A stretch of 64,000 bases of DNA from Oikopleura dioica (taxonomy: Eukaryota; Animalia; Chordata), in assembly GCA_907165135.1 (NCBI GenBank), contig OU015568.1:7626001-7690000 (forward strand). The letters run 5' to 3'. Under the pieces are notes generated by a model that saw only the letters and a list, made by a program, of their open reading frames with translations, searched no databases and was not told the origin of the DNA. Positions 1-12,752 of this stretch are shown piece after piece (positions within the stretch are counted from its first letter, which is position 1; each line of letters begins with the position of its first letter). The position numbers were made by a program, and so were the translations under genes.

Positions 1-2099
1 GAAAGAATAAACTCAAAGCGTGGGGCATGTTTGCCAAGTGATGAGCGTCACAGTTGGTTTGGTTTTCTTGGCTCCGCCCGCCACCAGAAATATACATTCC
101 CCTAAAGCAAACTGAACCGAGCCGCTCGCCGTTTATTCTGTTTTGTCTTGAGCACACATACACATTACGCAAACAACAGTCACGGGCAAACAGTGCTAGG
201 ACAAAGCCAGGCATTTCTTTTTCTTTCTTTGCTGCTTTGTGTGTGCTTCTTTATCTTCTCCTTGGCGACATACGGCCGAGAATAGAAAGAAACACACATA
301 TCGCACAAACCAGCAAAGAAAAAAAACACGGACTCGATCGATGGTCGCTTTGGCGATCGGGCCCGCCCCGTGGCAAGGCCCAGCGAAAAAGAAAGAGCGA
401 AGATAAAAAAAAGCATGCAGGCAGGAGAAGCAGCATCACGAGATGCCTACGTAATACGCAGTAGCTTAGGAGAATGAACTCGCAAAAAAATGCGAACTCG
501 AAAATGCGTTTTGAAAATGCTGACATTGCAGTTTTCAAAATTGAATTCTTCGTTTCTAAATACTACGTAGTAAATCTATTCAATTTTCTTATGAATAGAA
601 AATAATTCTTATTAAAGCTGGATTAAAAGTATTTTAAAATAATGCAGACGGCCTCAATTAACTCTTATCACGTACGCAGTTGATCTTCTGGTAACTAAGA
701 GTATCGAATAATAAAATATACATAACGCCGAATTAAAAAGAAAAAAAAGAAGGAATAATGGAAAATCGAAAAAAGACGTCCCTTGGGTCGATAGACGAGG
801 ATGAGTAAATCGAGAAAAAGAGCGTCGCCAGCGTCCCACGAGATCAAGAGCGATAAAAATCGTTGAGTAACGGCGGGGCTCAGCCCCACTCTCTTGTAAG
901 TCACGGGATCGAACCACTCGCTACCACCTCACAAAAGAAAAAAAATGGAGAAAGGGCAACTCAAGCCAAAACTGTCAACTGGCGAAATAAAAACAGACTT
1001 TGAGACAATAATCCAGCATCAAATCACAACAGAATCAATACGGATTAACACTGTAATGACTGTACTTCATTCTCCAAAATCAAATAAAGAAAAAGCAAGA
1101 AAAAGTGGCTTTTTCATATAAAAAATCTCAAAAATAAATTCGAAGAAAATTCTAGATCACTTTGGATGAGCTTGATCGAACCTGCTCTGTCGAACCCTGA
1201 TCCCCAGGGCAAGCAGTGACAAAAGATAGAGGCCTCCTTCGCAGCTTCTGAGTGTAACTCAACTTGAGACCCTACTAGACTCATAAAAAAAGAAGAAGAA
1301 AGGGCAATTTACAATTTGCGAAATTGAAAAAATAAGCGACTTCAAATTGAAAAACAACTAATGATGAGATCGCAAAATTTTTTATTTCTACTCTATTAGC
1401 TCTCTCGTTATTGAGAGCGTATTTGTGTAGCCAAGCGAATCCAAAGCTACATCACAGGAAAAAGAAAATAAGCCAACATTAAAAAATGGCGAATTTAGCA
1501 ATTTTATTTGAATATTTCGAAAGGGCAAATAATAAAATAGATCCGGGTCCTTGAAAGTGGGAAAAAGAAAGAGAGCTGGTAGCAAAAAATGCACTTTTTC
1601 GAATCAAAAATATAAAGAAAAAAGTGCATTTTTAGCACGAAAATATAAAAAAAAGTATCAATTTTAGAGAAAACATTATTAAAAAAGTAATTTTGGCTCG
1701 TTTGAAAATGTTTCTTCCCGAAAAATAACTTAAAATCAACCATTAAAAGTCCCAAAAATTATAAAATTTTCCTGAAAAAAAACTTTAAAAACTCCATTCC
1801 TTTGAGTCCGCATTTGTTCTATTCTCCATTAGTTGTTTGCCTGTGCTGTTGATCGTTTCTCTTCAGCTGTTTGGCATCGTTCCTTTCGTTTTCGCTTTTT
1901 TATTCTCTGTTTCTTGTTAATTTCGACAAAGCTCTTTTTCTCTTCGCGGGTGTGTGAGTTTGTGTGTCTCGCTAAACGTTGAGTTGACTAAGAGGGGGCC
2001 CTCGCTTTTTCTTTCTTTCTATTCGGTGTGCCGGGTTTGCTGTGTCTCGTTTTGGCTGGCCCTGGGCACCGTCGACTCGAGGCAATTCGAACCGCACAA

Positions 2100-2240
2100 A
2101 TAGTCGCACTCGGGCGCGCGCGCCAATTGGCTCGATTGATGGCCAACCCACACAGCGCAGCCAATCGCGAAGCGAGTCGAAAATCGACGAGCGCAAATTC
2201 AAGAAATTCATCGCGAAACCAAATCGCGCCACACTCACTC
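2100..2240. promoter_or_regulatory. Probable bidirectional CCAAT-rich promoter
   Basis: GC-rich island with several CCAAT/ATTGG boxes between UTR-like sequences running in both directions (donor GTGAGT near 2318). Confidence 0.4.
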
Positions 2241-3067
2241 GCACTAGCAGAGACTCACGCGGGAAATACCAGTAACAACAGTACTTGCAATTGGACAATA
2301 CTGTCATACTGTTACTGTGAGTAACTAAAATTGGTCTGGAAAAGTAGAAAATCATTTGAATTTTAAAATAATTATTTTGTCATAAAATCGCATTTTTCGA
2401 GCCGAATTTGTGGCCCATTTCAGTCTTTTTACAGTCATTTTCAAGAGAAAAATATTTTATCATTATAAAAAAGCTTAGTCAGCTATTTTTCGTGTGAATG
2501 GGGAAGGTGATGTAATATTTGCCCAACACCTGTAATCCTTATGTATATTTCCCACCAGCAGCTTATTCCATTCTATTTGAATTCGAGCATTTTCAATTCA
2601 ATTTTTCATTCAGAATTTTCAAACGCGAGATGGCGGCTCTTGGCGCCCCTCGTGGCCCCACCTCCTTCTTCGTTTTGGAATTCGATGAAAATCGAAAAGA
2701 AAGGAAGAAAAAAAGATTGAGAATTTGAATTTATCCGCCTTTAAAATTGAATATCAATTTTGCCCACGCGCTTTTCTTGTTTCAAGTCTCATCCCTTTTC
2801 CGTTCATTCTGCTGCATGAATCATCAATTTCGAGAGCAGCAATTTTCGCTGATCAATTATTTGACAGGTGCATATTTAGAAAAAAAACGACGCTGTTAGC
2901 GTGTCGGTGTCCTTTTACCAATTTACAGTCACGGAAGGAGAAATCGATCTTCTCTTTGGGGGACCCTGGGAAAACAGATTTTTTTGGGCTTTTCCCGGAT
3001 TAGATCACGAGAATCTGATTATTGAGAGGATCTTTTCCAAGGTCGATTTTACGAAAGCTAAGATAAA

Positions 3068-3152
3068 TATTCTCGGCAGCCTGTGTAGAAAACCTGAGTC
3101 AGGGATTCAAGTTTTCGTTGACTCAGGTTTTCTACACAGTTTTCCGAACTTG
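3068..3152. mobile_element. CTGGG-family MITE, internally deleted copy
   Basis: ctcggcagcctgtgtagaaaacctgagtcaggg ... tgactcaggttttctacacag with a very short core. Confidence 0.8.
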
Positions 3153-3903
3153 GAACTGTACCTAAGGTACTAAAGAAGACAAGGAGACTGAAAAAACATC
3201 GAGTGCTAATTTATCCTCAAATCAAGGTTTGTTCTGATCGATAAGTTATTGATTGAGTGAGGGCTTCTTCTGTCTATTTTTCAAGTGAATTATTCAGATG
3301 TTTTCTTAGGAGGGCTCAAAGAGGAATCTGTTTGAACGAATTGAATCAAAATCGATCCACCTCCTCTTCTGTCTTACTGTATTTCTTTTGAAAAATTAAC
3401 TGAGAAAAGGGATGAAAGGAGTTTGGCGCAAATTGGGTCGGCCGGTTTCGTAGTTGTAAAAAAAAAGTTGCGAAAATTGCGCTGAGTTAGGCGCCATTCG
3501 TCATGTTTCTTATATTTATGGCAGTTGTTGAGGATTCTGCTTCCGAGGATGCTTTTTATGGCGGCGCGAAAAATAATTAGAGAAGATAGGACCGGCAATA
3601 CCTTTGAATCAAGTGACATTTATCGCCTACAAGGACGATTCCAGTCGCTAGAAAGTTGCAGTTTTCAAGTTTATATTTGTTAGTTTGATTATAATTTATA
3701 AATTATTCGACGCCCATTTATTGATCGTTATAAAACTTGCGAAACAAAAAGAGAAATGCCTTTTCTTGGCACGTGCTAAATAAAAGATTGTCTAAGAAAA
3801 CGTTTGATAATCCTCTAAAAGCTTTCAAAGGATCTTATAAACCAGCTCGGAAGCAGAGTATAAGTTATTCATCAACATTTTTCTTCCCCGTAACAATTAT
3901 GAA

Positions 3904-6900
3904 TTATTGGATTTCCTGAAGCTTTTTCTTGTCGAATTTCTCATGCTCTCCTGCTATGTTTATCCTGCTCTGATTTTGTTGAGTACTTACAGTAGCAGTT
4001 GGATAGACGCCTTCGTCGTCGTCGTAGCCGCCTTCTACCAAAGTGCAGGAGCAAGTATTGGTGCCACGGGCGTTGGAAACATGAACGGTGTATCGACCCA
4101 ATTCGCGGGATGTGAATTCGCCATAAACCAATGTGTAAACGTTGCCTGAAAATAGCCAGTTTTTATCACGCTATAAAAAGTATTTTCAACGTCATAAATC
4201 TTTCCCATCTTTCTATCAGACGGACAAGATCATCTGACAGTAGGTTGAGGCTCAACCGTTGAACGATCAAAGTGAAAGCTTGCTCTTGAAGGCAAATAGC
4301 TTGATTATTAGCTGGTAGTAATTATTTTGTCAGGCTTCCTGAAAATCGCCCTCATTAGTCCTGTCAAAGCTTGACAAGCTTTCTGTTTTCGGAAGATACT
4401 AATGTACTTCTTTCTTGAAATGAGAGCCTGGGCTCGGCAACCTCTGTGGAAAACCTTAGCCAGGTTCTGAAGAGCTTGAATTAAAAGCCGCGTAGCGGCT
4501 TTTTTCAAAACGAAGCCGCGAAGCGGCTTCGGAATGTTACCTTTAATTTAGTTGAGAAGCCGCTCCGCGTCTTCGTTTTAAAAAAAAGCCGCCACGCGGC
4601 TTTTCTTTCAAGGTCTTCAGAAGTTCAGAACCTGACTCAGGTTTTCCACACATGTTTTTGCGCCCAGCTTTCAGATCATTGGATTAATCATTGAAATGCT
4701 TCGTACAAATGAAAGCTCATGTGGCAATTAGTAGTCGTTGCAGAAGGTGATTAACTGCCATGCTTTTGGTCGGCTATTTTATGATTATGCTTCCTCAACT
4801 CGTAGTAGCACGAAGTCACTTCCTGTCATGATTAGCACCTTGTGAATCTGCGCCCAATTGATGAAGGTCAATTTGTGACAAGGCGAGGAAGCAACGACGA
4901 CTCCCGACTGTGAGCAAAACAATCAAACACGTGGGGGATCTATTCATTTGTCCGAGGATAAAAAACGGAAAGCCGCTTTACTACCCGTTTTTTGTATACT
5001 TGTCATTTTCAATTCAAATTTTCTTCTTTTCATTCATCATCAAAATTGAATTCAACAATTCAATAATTCAAAAAGTTCGGAGAAAATTCGTTGATAAAAT
5101 TTGATCTCGCTACCCTAAATTCGCGCTTTTCATCACGCAATCAAAAAGTAAACGTCATCGTACTTCGCTAAAGCTTGTCACATAATCAACTTGATTGATG
5201 CCGGAAATAAAATCACTGACTAAAGCGCACTGATAAGAAGTTCTGCTCCCTGCGTTCCCAAGAGAAGATAAGAAAGAACGTAAAGCTGACTATCTGCATT
5301 CTACGTAGTCCTCTAGCTTATTATCCAATGCCTATCGTTGGACGTATAAATACCTTTTTGTAAGAGTCGAATGTCTCGCTCGATGCTCTCACGAACGGGC
5401 TGATTGTTGTGATACCACTGGACAGTAAGTGGCTGTGCACCAGTGACGCGTACTTCGAGTACTGCCGGCTCGCCAAGGGGAAATTCTTTGTCAACCAGGG
5501 GTGCGATGAATTCTGGTCGGCCAAGGGCTGATGGTGGCCCACCTGCTGGCTTTGTCTGTTTGTTCATGAAGGAGGAAATGTTTCCAAGAGCCGATGATTT
5601 TGCATCCAATGGCTGAAAATGATTAAAGTGAAAAAAGGACAAAAAGGTGGGGTTTGTACTTTTGGCTTGGGAAAGTTGACGGTTGGCAAGCGGAGAACAC
5701 CTTCCTTCTGCGGATTATTCAAATCGTGGTACTGCTGTGCCGGGGGCTGTGGCGACTTGCGAGTGCTTGCTGTAGCGGGAGCTCGGCTCACTTGAGCTGG
5801 AGGAGCAGCTGGATCATAAGTCGCGACGTTCACCGAGACGGGCTTTGTTGTCGGCGCTGAAACTGGCTTCGGCGTGAAGGATGGTGTGCTGGTTTGGAAA
5901 GAAGCGACGTCTGAATGAAGGAATTATCGTTTTCGTAAAGATGTACTTAGCTGTTTAGACTTAGTGCTAGATAATTGAGCGCGCGCTAATTAAAAATTAC
6001 AAAGAACAAAGCTGAACGTAAATCCTGCGGCGCAAGTTTACCCACCATAACGTGCTTGACCTTTTGTTAGAATTTGGATTATCACTAAGCTAAGTAATAA
6101 GTTAGCGTACCTGGTCTCTTCTGCACGGGCGACGGAGGCTTCACGGATTTGGGAGCGACGACGGGAGCTGCTGCAGTCGAGCTCTGAAAACCGGGAAATG
6201 GTTTGGGAGTTGCATTGAAGCTTTTTGGCTGACGGGAGATCATGTTTTCGGTGCTCTAGTGTTTTCCTTCGGGCGATCTCTCTTTAAGAGCGTTGTTCTA
6301 ATCTGACAGTGCCTGTTGTGTCTGTGCTCGCGGTAAGTTTAGTTTATAGCGGTCGGGGACGCGCAAGGAAGGCGCAAAAAATATATACCGCGTTCAAAGA
6401 GAGAGTTCTGAGCGCAGTTGAGCGCGCTGAGCGTGGATAGCGCTGAGCAGCGCTAGCCGCCGCAGCGCTAGTAGTCTCACGTCACGATTTTCGGATCCAA
6501 CGTTGCTATTCACCCCTATTTTTCAGTGTGTTCAGTCACTCATGCCTGATTTTGTCTGACTTTACTCTTATTTATTCTATTCCTGTATTTCTTATTTTCG
6601 CCTTGAACCAGGCCCGAAGCGCTTGCGAAAAAAAGACACGGCTAAGGAGCCCTCTCAGAATTTCAAAGGATCCCAATTGACCACTTTAAACTGGCTTTAT
6701 CGAAGCAGATAATGATGGGTCACTCTATAAATTTCGTTGAAAAGGTCAGCTGGGCGTAAAAGGAGGCCAAATAAAGATAAGGCCTACCAAAGATTCTGGC
6801 TCTTCGTAAATCTCCTGTTGATAGACTGGCTCCTGTTGGTAGACTCTTGGCTCTGGCTGGTAGACAGGTTCTGGCTTGTAGACGGGCTCAGGTTGGGCTT

Positions 6901-8621
6901 GAGCGGCACGTTGTGGAGTTGGTTTTGGATTGAATGATTTTAGATCAGGAAGTCGAGAATGCGTGATTCCTTTGAACTCGCCCAAGTCGAGTGGACGAAG
7001 ATCCAGAGTCTGCCTAAAAGAAGAAATAGACAGACACGTTGATTTGATTTCTTGCGGCTGCCACAAAGTGTGACAGTTGCTATGCGACAAACGCCTGAAG
7101 GAAGGAAGCTCTTGAAGCTACTTTTAAAGTTTTAACTCGGCGGAGGTAATCAAACACTCCTACACGTCAGATTATTTCGTCGGGATGGAACTCCTCCGAA
7201 TTTGAAATTAGTCGAATTACATTCATGTAGCCGAGCCCAGGATAAGATAGTAGCACCTGGTGGTTTTTATCTTTCGGTTGAGGCGCTAGTTGGTAAGGAG
7301 TTAAAATTCAAAACTTGTAAGTTAAGAAATTTCAAATTTCAAATTGGCAAAAGAACTAACTCGTTTTCTTCGCGGTACATTGAAGGAATTGTCGAGATAT
7401 TGCCCAAAATCGTGTTGAGATCTTCTGATTTCCGCAAATGGGCTCTATAAGGAAGTGGGTATTGACGATGAGACACTTTTTGGAGAAACATCTTTTGGTG
7501 CGTTTTTGAGTTTTTGAGTTTGAAATTTTGAGACAAAATTTGAGCGTATTCCGAAAAGTCGGATTTAGCGGGGACATGAAAATAGGTCAGCTCGGGGCGC
7601 GAAATTGAGCAACTTACTGATTGCTGCATGTTAACTGTAAGTATCCATTTCGTCCACATTCTTTGATGAACTGTGTGGCATCTTGAAGCTTCATATTATC
7701 AGTGCGGGTACCATTGATCGCCAATATCGCCAAGTCGACCCTCATGCCAGCTGCCGAGGCTTTCCCTCCGGGCGACACCTAAAATAGCTAAATCAACAAG
7801 CCCAGCAAGCTGAGTTTTAACAGCTTAGTTTAATAGCCATTTATGAGTTATTTCGGTGAAGAATTCCGACTAATTGCCGCTGTAAAAACGCTCGTTTTTT
7901 TCACAACTTTCAGAAAAGAAGAGCAAAGGAATATTTATGATTTTGACGGGCGCTCGTATATAAAAACGAAGCAACTAGTAAATCAATCTAAGTCGGATGA
8001 TCAAGATTGCCTTCCGGTTCTTGCTTTCCGGTAAAGATCAAAGTTTTGGATGGATAGTGGTAATTAGGCCGTATAATGACCAAATCGCCCTGCTGTTAGA
8101 ACAAAGTGAGCATCAATCTAAATTTCTGATGACAAAAGTCAAAAAGTCTGAAGACCCTGAATCATACTTTTCAGAGCATGACGAGTCGCTTTTTTCTTTT
8201 CTTGTAATACACAGCTGTCAACCTAATCATTTTTTGTACTTTCAAGAAAACGACCTTGTTTAGCGACCACAAAAATTAATCATAAATACAAGTTTTCTTG
8301 TTTCTTAAAAAGTTTCTTCCTGGGCTCGGCAACCAGTGTAGAAAACCTGAGTCAGGGTCTGAAAGATCTTCAATAAAAAGCCGCTTAGCGGCTTTTTAAA
8401 AAACGAAGCCGCAAAGCGGCTTTGCCAAAATTTCAGAAATATATTGGAAATTCTACGCGGCTTTTCATTTAAGATCTTTCAGACCCTGACTCAGGTTTTC
8501 TACACAGACTGCTGAGCCCATCTCTTACCTTGGAGACAGTAAGTGGTTGATTTCGATCAACTCCGCCAGTAATTCCGAAGCCCCAAGGAGCACCACCATT
8601 CAAGTCAATTGTAAAGCTCAT
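3904..8621 (-). CDS. Multi-exon PDZ (ALP/Enigma/ZASP type) + Pro-rich linker + single I-set Ig domain protein
   Basis: Exon 8529-8621 reads MSFTIDLNGGAPWGFGITGGVDRNQPLTVSK and exon 7618-7778 reads VSPGGKASAAGMRVDLAILAINGTRTDNMKLQDATQFIKEC (PDZ). PVYQPEP repeats at about 6790-6900. Ig halves RPEFIAPLVDKEFPLGEPAVLEVRVTGAQPLTVQWYHN (about 5345-5540) and NVYTLVYGEFTSRELGRYTVHVSNARGTNTCSCTL (3904-4146). GT-AG boundaries keep the frame. Confidence 0.8.
4428..4667. mobile_element. CTGGG-family palindromic MITE (intronic)
   Basis: TIR ctgggctcggcaacctctgtggaaaacc ... ggttttccacacatg..gcgcccag, with internal GCCGC-N3-GCGGC hairpins. Confidence 0.85.
8320..8521. mobile_element. CTGGG-family MITE in intron 1 of the PDZ-Ig gene
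   Basis: Same TIRs and hairpins; begins 7 nt after the GTAAGAG donor on the minus strand. Confidence 0.9.
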
Positions 8622-9128
8622 TTTTCTTTATTCAATTTTTTTCTTTCTTTCTGATTGCAATTAATAACTCTTTAAAAATTTTAAGAAAAAGAGGGGATTA
8701 AACTTGGCGGGAGGCGACGGGGCCTTTATCATTGGACAGCTGACCGTGCTCCCTAACACGTAGCTAGCGGATAAGGCAGATACATTAACACTCTCAAGTC
8801 TGTTTGACTCATTTTCGAGCCCAAGTTTATGCACTTGTTAAAAGTGCTAAATTTGAAATTTTGATGATTCATTGATTCGAACCCCTTTTCTTTCTAGCGC
8901 AAGGAGAATTGAGCTTCAAATTAACTTCTTATTCGAATTTCCTTCAACGATTTCCGAAAAAGCTCAAGTGTATTTTTCGGATCCAAGCAATTGTTCGCCG
9001 CACACTTTTGCCATTGAATTGTAAGGCCTACTCAAGTGTACTTGCTTTCAATTATAAAATACAAGTTTATTGTGCGTTTGGGATAAAGGCAGAATTGATG
9101 ATATACAGAAGTACTGTTTCACTGTTGT

Positions 9129-10261
9129 TTAGCTGCTGTTGTAGCTTTGCTCAAATATCATCGGAGCTGAACTGGCGGCGGAGATGGACGGGGCAGTGTC
9201 TGGGTTCGGCAACCTGTGTAGAAAACCTGAGTCAGGGTCAGAAAGGCAAAGTGGTTTCCCAGAAATTTAAAATTGAGTAGAAGGGTAAATTTGGGAAGCC
9301 GCTTCGCGGCTTCGTTTTAGAAAAAGCCGCTACGCGGCTTTTCAGTAGAGATCATTCAAACCCTGACTCAGGTCATCTACACAGGTTACTGAGCCCAGGG
9401 CAGAGTCTTGCTTATCCAGAGAGCTAGAATTTCGTTCATAAAAGGGATTCGATAAAACTTACGTTGTGCGCTTTGTTCGAACTGGGATCCTCGACGGAGT
9501 TGATTTCTTCTTTGCTGGAAAGTGACATTCTCTGTTTGTCGCTTCATATTTGGGAATCTTTATTCCACTCAAAAGTGAGGTGGCTGAATCTTCAAGAGCT
9601 TGAATTTTCTCCATGTATCGCCGCTCAGGAGATTGAGACTCTGGCCGAGAGAAAATTTCATCTTCGTCGGAAAAATCGGAAGAATCACCTGATTGAGGGA
9701 AAGCGTGATTTTTGAACTTGATATTTTGATTTTCTCACCTGAAGTGGGAATTCGGAGGCCGTAAATAGATTCCTCGCTGTCGGAAATAATTAGTTCGTAT
9801 TCGCTTTCGAACTTGCTGTTCATTCTTTTTCGGTAGAGTTTTTTGAAACCCTCGGTAAAGTAGACACTGTTGTCGTATGCCTTTGCCAGTGTGCTTCTAG
9901 CAGAGCCGAGGAAGGATTCACGAGACGGCTGAGCTGATACTTTTGGCACGGTCACGTCTTCTTCCTTTGCGAACAAATTGCCGATTCCAGTGACTATCTT
10001 CTCGTGAGCGATCCGAAGCCGCAGCGGAATTTCCCAGGACTTCTCGTTCACCCATCGCGAGAAAGACGACTTCTGCGGACCAGCTCTTGGATTGACAACG
10101 ATGATCGTTTCATCCTTGCCTCTGCATCCCAAAAACAAGAACAGAAGAACCACTCCTAGAATGATTCCGCCGTACACGAGCCTTTTTTGATCGAACTCAA
10201 TGGTGAATGTATTTTGATTGAAATCATCCGCGATGTTTTCAAAATATTCGTATTCTTCCAT
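9129..10261 (-). CDS. Unknown single-pass membrane protein; terminal exon interrupted by a MITE
   Basis: MEEYEYFEN...LVYGGIILGVVLLFLFLGC (TM). GT-AG introns join ...RIPTSG/DSSDFSDEDE...KRTT/SLDKQDSA, which continues as PSISAASSAPMIFEQSYNSS* once the MITE and one TSD are removed. Confidence 0.6.
9200..9398. mobile_element. CTGGG-family MITE with 8-bp TSD (7/8 identical)
   Basis: Flanks ggcagtgt (9192-9199) and ggcagagt (9399-9406). Confidence 0.9.
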
Positions 10262-10403
10262 GTCTGCAATTATCTTGATGCTCGTGTACTTGTTTTTCAA
10301 CTGCAGGACGTTTTCTGCTAGAAGATTGCTGTCGACGTTTTCGCACTTTTTTGTGATGAAGAACATCCTAAAGATCGTTGGCAAATTTTCTAGAGAACTT
10401 TAC

Positions 10404-10881
10404 TTACGAAGCTTCGCTGAGAACATTCACAGCTTTTGCTAGCTCGCTTTCGATAAAATCCGCTTTGAATTTCTTCTTCCAGTACTCTTTCGCGGAAATA
10501 TCGACGAATAAATCATCAACATCGTTTATTATCTTCGTATATTTGCCAAGAACTGTAGCTCGATCACAGTGTGCCACAACATTTTTGTCCTAAACGGCTT
10601 TTACAGTAGTTGAGTTTTATCGTTGATTTTACCTTTATAAGTTCGAGTAAAAGTTTGCCATGGTCTTTCATTTGGACAAGGCGGAGGCCCATCTGCTCTG
10701 TTTTTATAAAATCGAGAGTATGTCTGCATAGATTTTGCGTATCACTCAGTTTCTTCTTCAATTCTTTGTCTTGATCTGAAGTTATTGGTGAGAGTTTGAA
10801 TGGAGGTCGTTGACTAACGTTTGGAAGATATTTCAATCGCATTTTCAAAGTTGAATCCGTCGCAATATCCCCGTATTGCAT
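10404..10881 (-). CDS. Unknown two-exon helical protein
   Basis: ORF 10564-10881 spliced at ...NYCK to DKNVVAHCDRATVLGKYTKIINDVDDLFVDISAKEYWKKKFKADFIESELAKAVNVLSEAS*. No recognisable family. Confidence 0.45.
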
Positions 10882-11444
10882 TTTCGCGAGAATCGAGATT
10901 CACGATCTTCGTATTTTTGAATTTTTCTAGCGCACTTATTGACTCATCTAAGCTCTAAAACAGATTCCTCACTATCGGTTGAAAGGAAGAAGACTTACAT
11001 TCAGTAATTTTTCGCGTTTTTCTTTTGCTGAAGTGGTTTCTGCTTGGAATACTTCGAAATGCTCTGCGTTCTTATTTTTGATTTCATCATTTTGTTTCTC
11101 CTTGGTTTTCGGCGTTGGTTTTGACTCTTTTCTTTTTGCATTTGCTTGCGTGTGTGAGAAAAGTAAGAAAATATGCAGTAATTTCATTGCAGGTCTGAAA
11201 TTCTCAAAAAGGAAGTGATCATAACAAATGGCGAGGAAATACTTTATTTCTAGAGAAATTTTTAATAACTTGGCAGACACATCTTTGATAAAAAGAAAGA
11301 TATTTATTCCAAATTGGTTCGCTCGTCATCGCCATTGAATTGCTTTGTAAACTTACTTATTCGACAATTTGATAGTTAAAACTAATGTTAATATTTAAAC
11401 TAATAAATAACGATCAGATTATAAGTTATAATTCAAATATTTAA

Positions 11445-11790
11445 GTCAATCCCTGAAGTTCATAAATAAGGTCGCACATCTTGTCCCACAATCGTTCCCT
11501 TTTCTCTTCAGTCTCTGAACAATTGCGTTAGTTACTAAAGAATGAGTAAAGCTTTACCTTTGTAGTCCCCCTCGTAGCAATGCCAGGCCCCTTCATCGTG
11601 ACAGACGTCGATAGTTAGACCTTTGTAGTAAGTTGGTGTGTTACATGCGTTCATGCTTTTGTCGGTTGCTCATAGAACTCTTTGGTCAGTTCAAAAATTT
11701 CAACTTTCGATCAAACTTCAACCGGTCCTTTTTCCAATACTGTCTAGTTCTTTATAAGTCTTTTTTCTTCTTCGACGAGTTTCTGTATTT
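11445..11790 (-). CDS. 3' exons of an unknown gene
   Basis: ...MNACNTPTYYKGLTIDVCHDEGAWHCYEGDYK joins in frame through a GT-AG intron to ETEEKRERLWDKMCDLIYELQGLT*. 5' end unresolved. Confidence 0.35.
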
Positions 11791-11812
11791 TGTTCAGAAA
11801 ATAAGATATTTA

Positions 11813-12752
11813 TAGGGTAAATCACTAATATTTCGCCTTTTTCAGGGCTTAGTAAGGGGGATATATGATACATTTTTAGAAAGCCCAGAACCTGGGGATC
11901 ATTTTGACTATTGATACCAGGGGTAATTTCGTACCCCGAGGCCATTAAGGTACCTCCGAAGTCAGAAAATCTGGCCACTTTCGGAAATTCGAATTTTCGG
12001 CCGCCCAGACCGCCCTTTTAGAACCAACGGCAATGCTAGAATTGTAGCCCAGGCTCTGACGGTCATTTTGGGGGTCGAAAAGTACTGATTACCCCCTTCC
12101 TGAGGCGCTAGAGACCCCGAAGTTGGGAAATTGACCGAAAATAGGTACTTTTCTTCAAAAGTACATATTTTCCTCATTTATCTTCCAAAATGCTTGTAAT
12201 AAGTTGTTTTCTACATTTTGAGACAGAAGACACAGTTTGGGGTCACCCGAGGTCATTTGAGGTGAAGATTATGAAATATGCTTGAAATTTGAATTTGTGT
12301 CCTAAAATGACCTCGGGTGACCCCAAACTGTGTCTCCTGCCTCAAAATGTAGAAAACAACTTATTACAAGCATTTTGGAAGCATAAATGAGGAAAATATG
12401 TACTTTTGAAGAAAAGTACCTATTTTCGGTCAATTTCCCAACTTCGGGGTCTCTAGCGCCTCAGGAAGGGGGTAATCAGTACTTTTCGACCCCAAAATGA
12501 CCGTCAGAGCCTGGGCTACAATTCTAGCATTGCCGTTGGTTCTAAAAGGGCGGTCTGGGCGGCTGAAAATTCGAATTTCCGAAAGTGGCCAGATTTTCTG
12601 ACTTCGGAGGTACCTTAATGGCCTCGGGGTACGAAATTACCCCCTGGTGTCAATAGTCAAAATGATCCCCAGGTTCTGGGCTTTCTAAAAATGTATCATA
12701 TATCCCCCTTAGTAAGCCCTGAAAAAAGGCGAATTATTAGTGATTTACCCTA
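11813..12752. mobile_element. hAT-type foldback element, 940 bp, arms about 450 bp
   Basis: Termini TAGGGTAAATCACTAAT...ATTAGTGATTTACCCTA. Perfect 8-bp TSD GATATTTA (11805-11812, 12753-12760). Near-identical inverted arms around a short spacer at about 12265-12298. Confidence 0.95.

Noticed and set aside
54-1260. Short ORFs and possible exons at the window start
   Set aside because: No homology recognised; likely UTR or intron of a gene extending outside the window.
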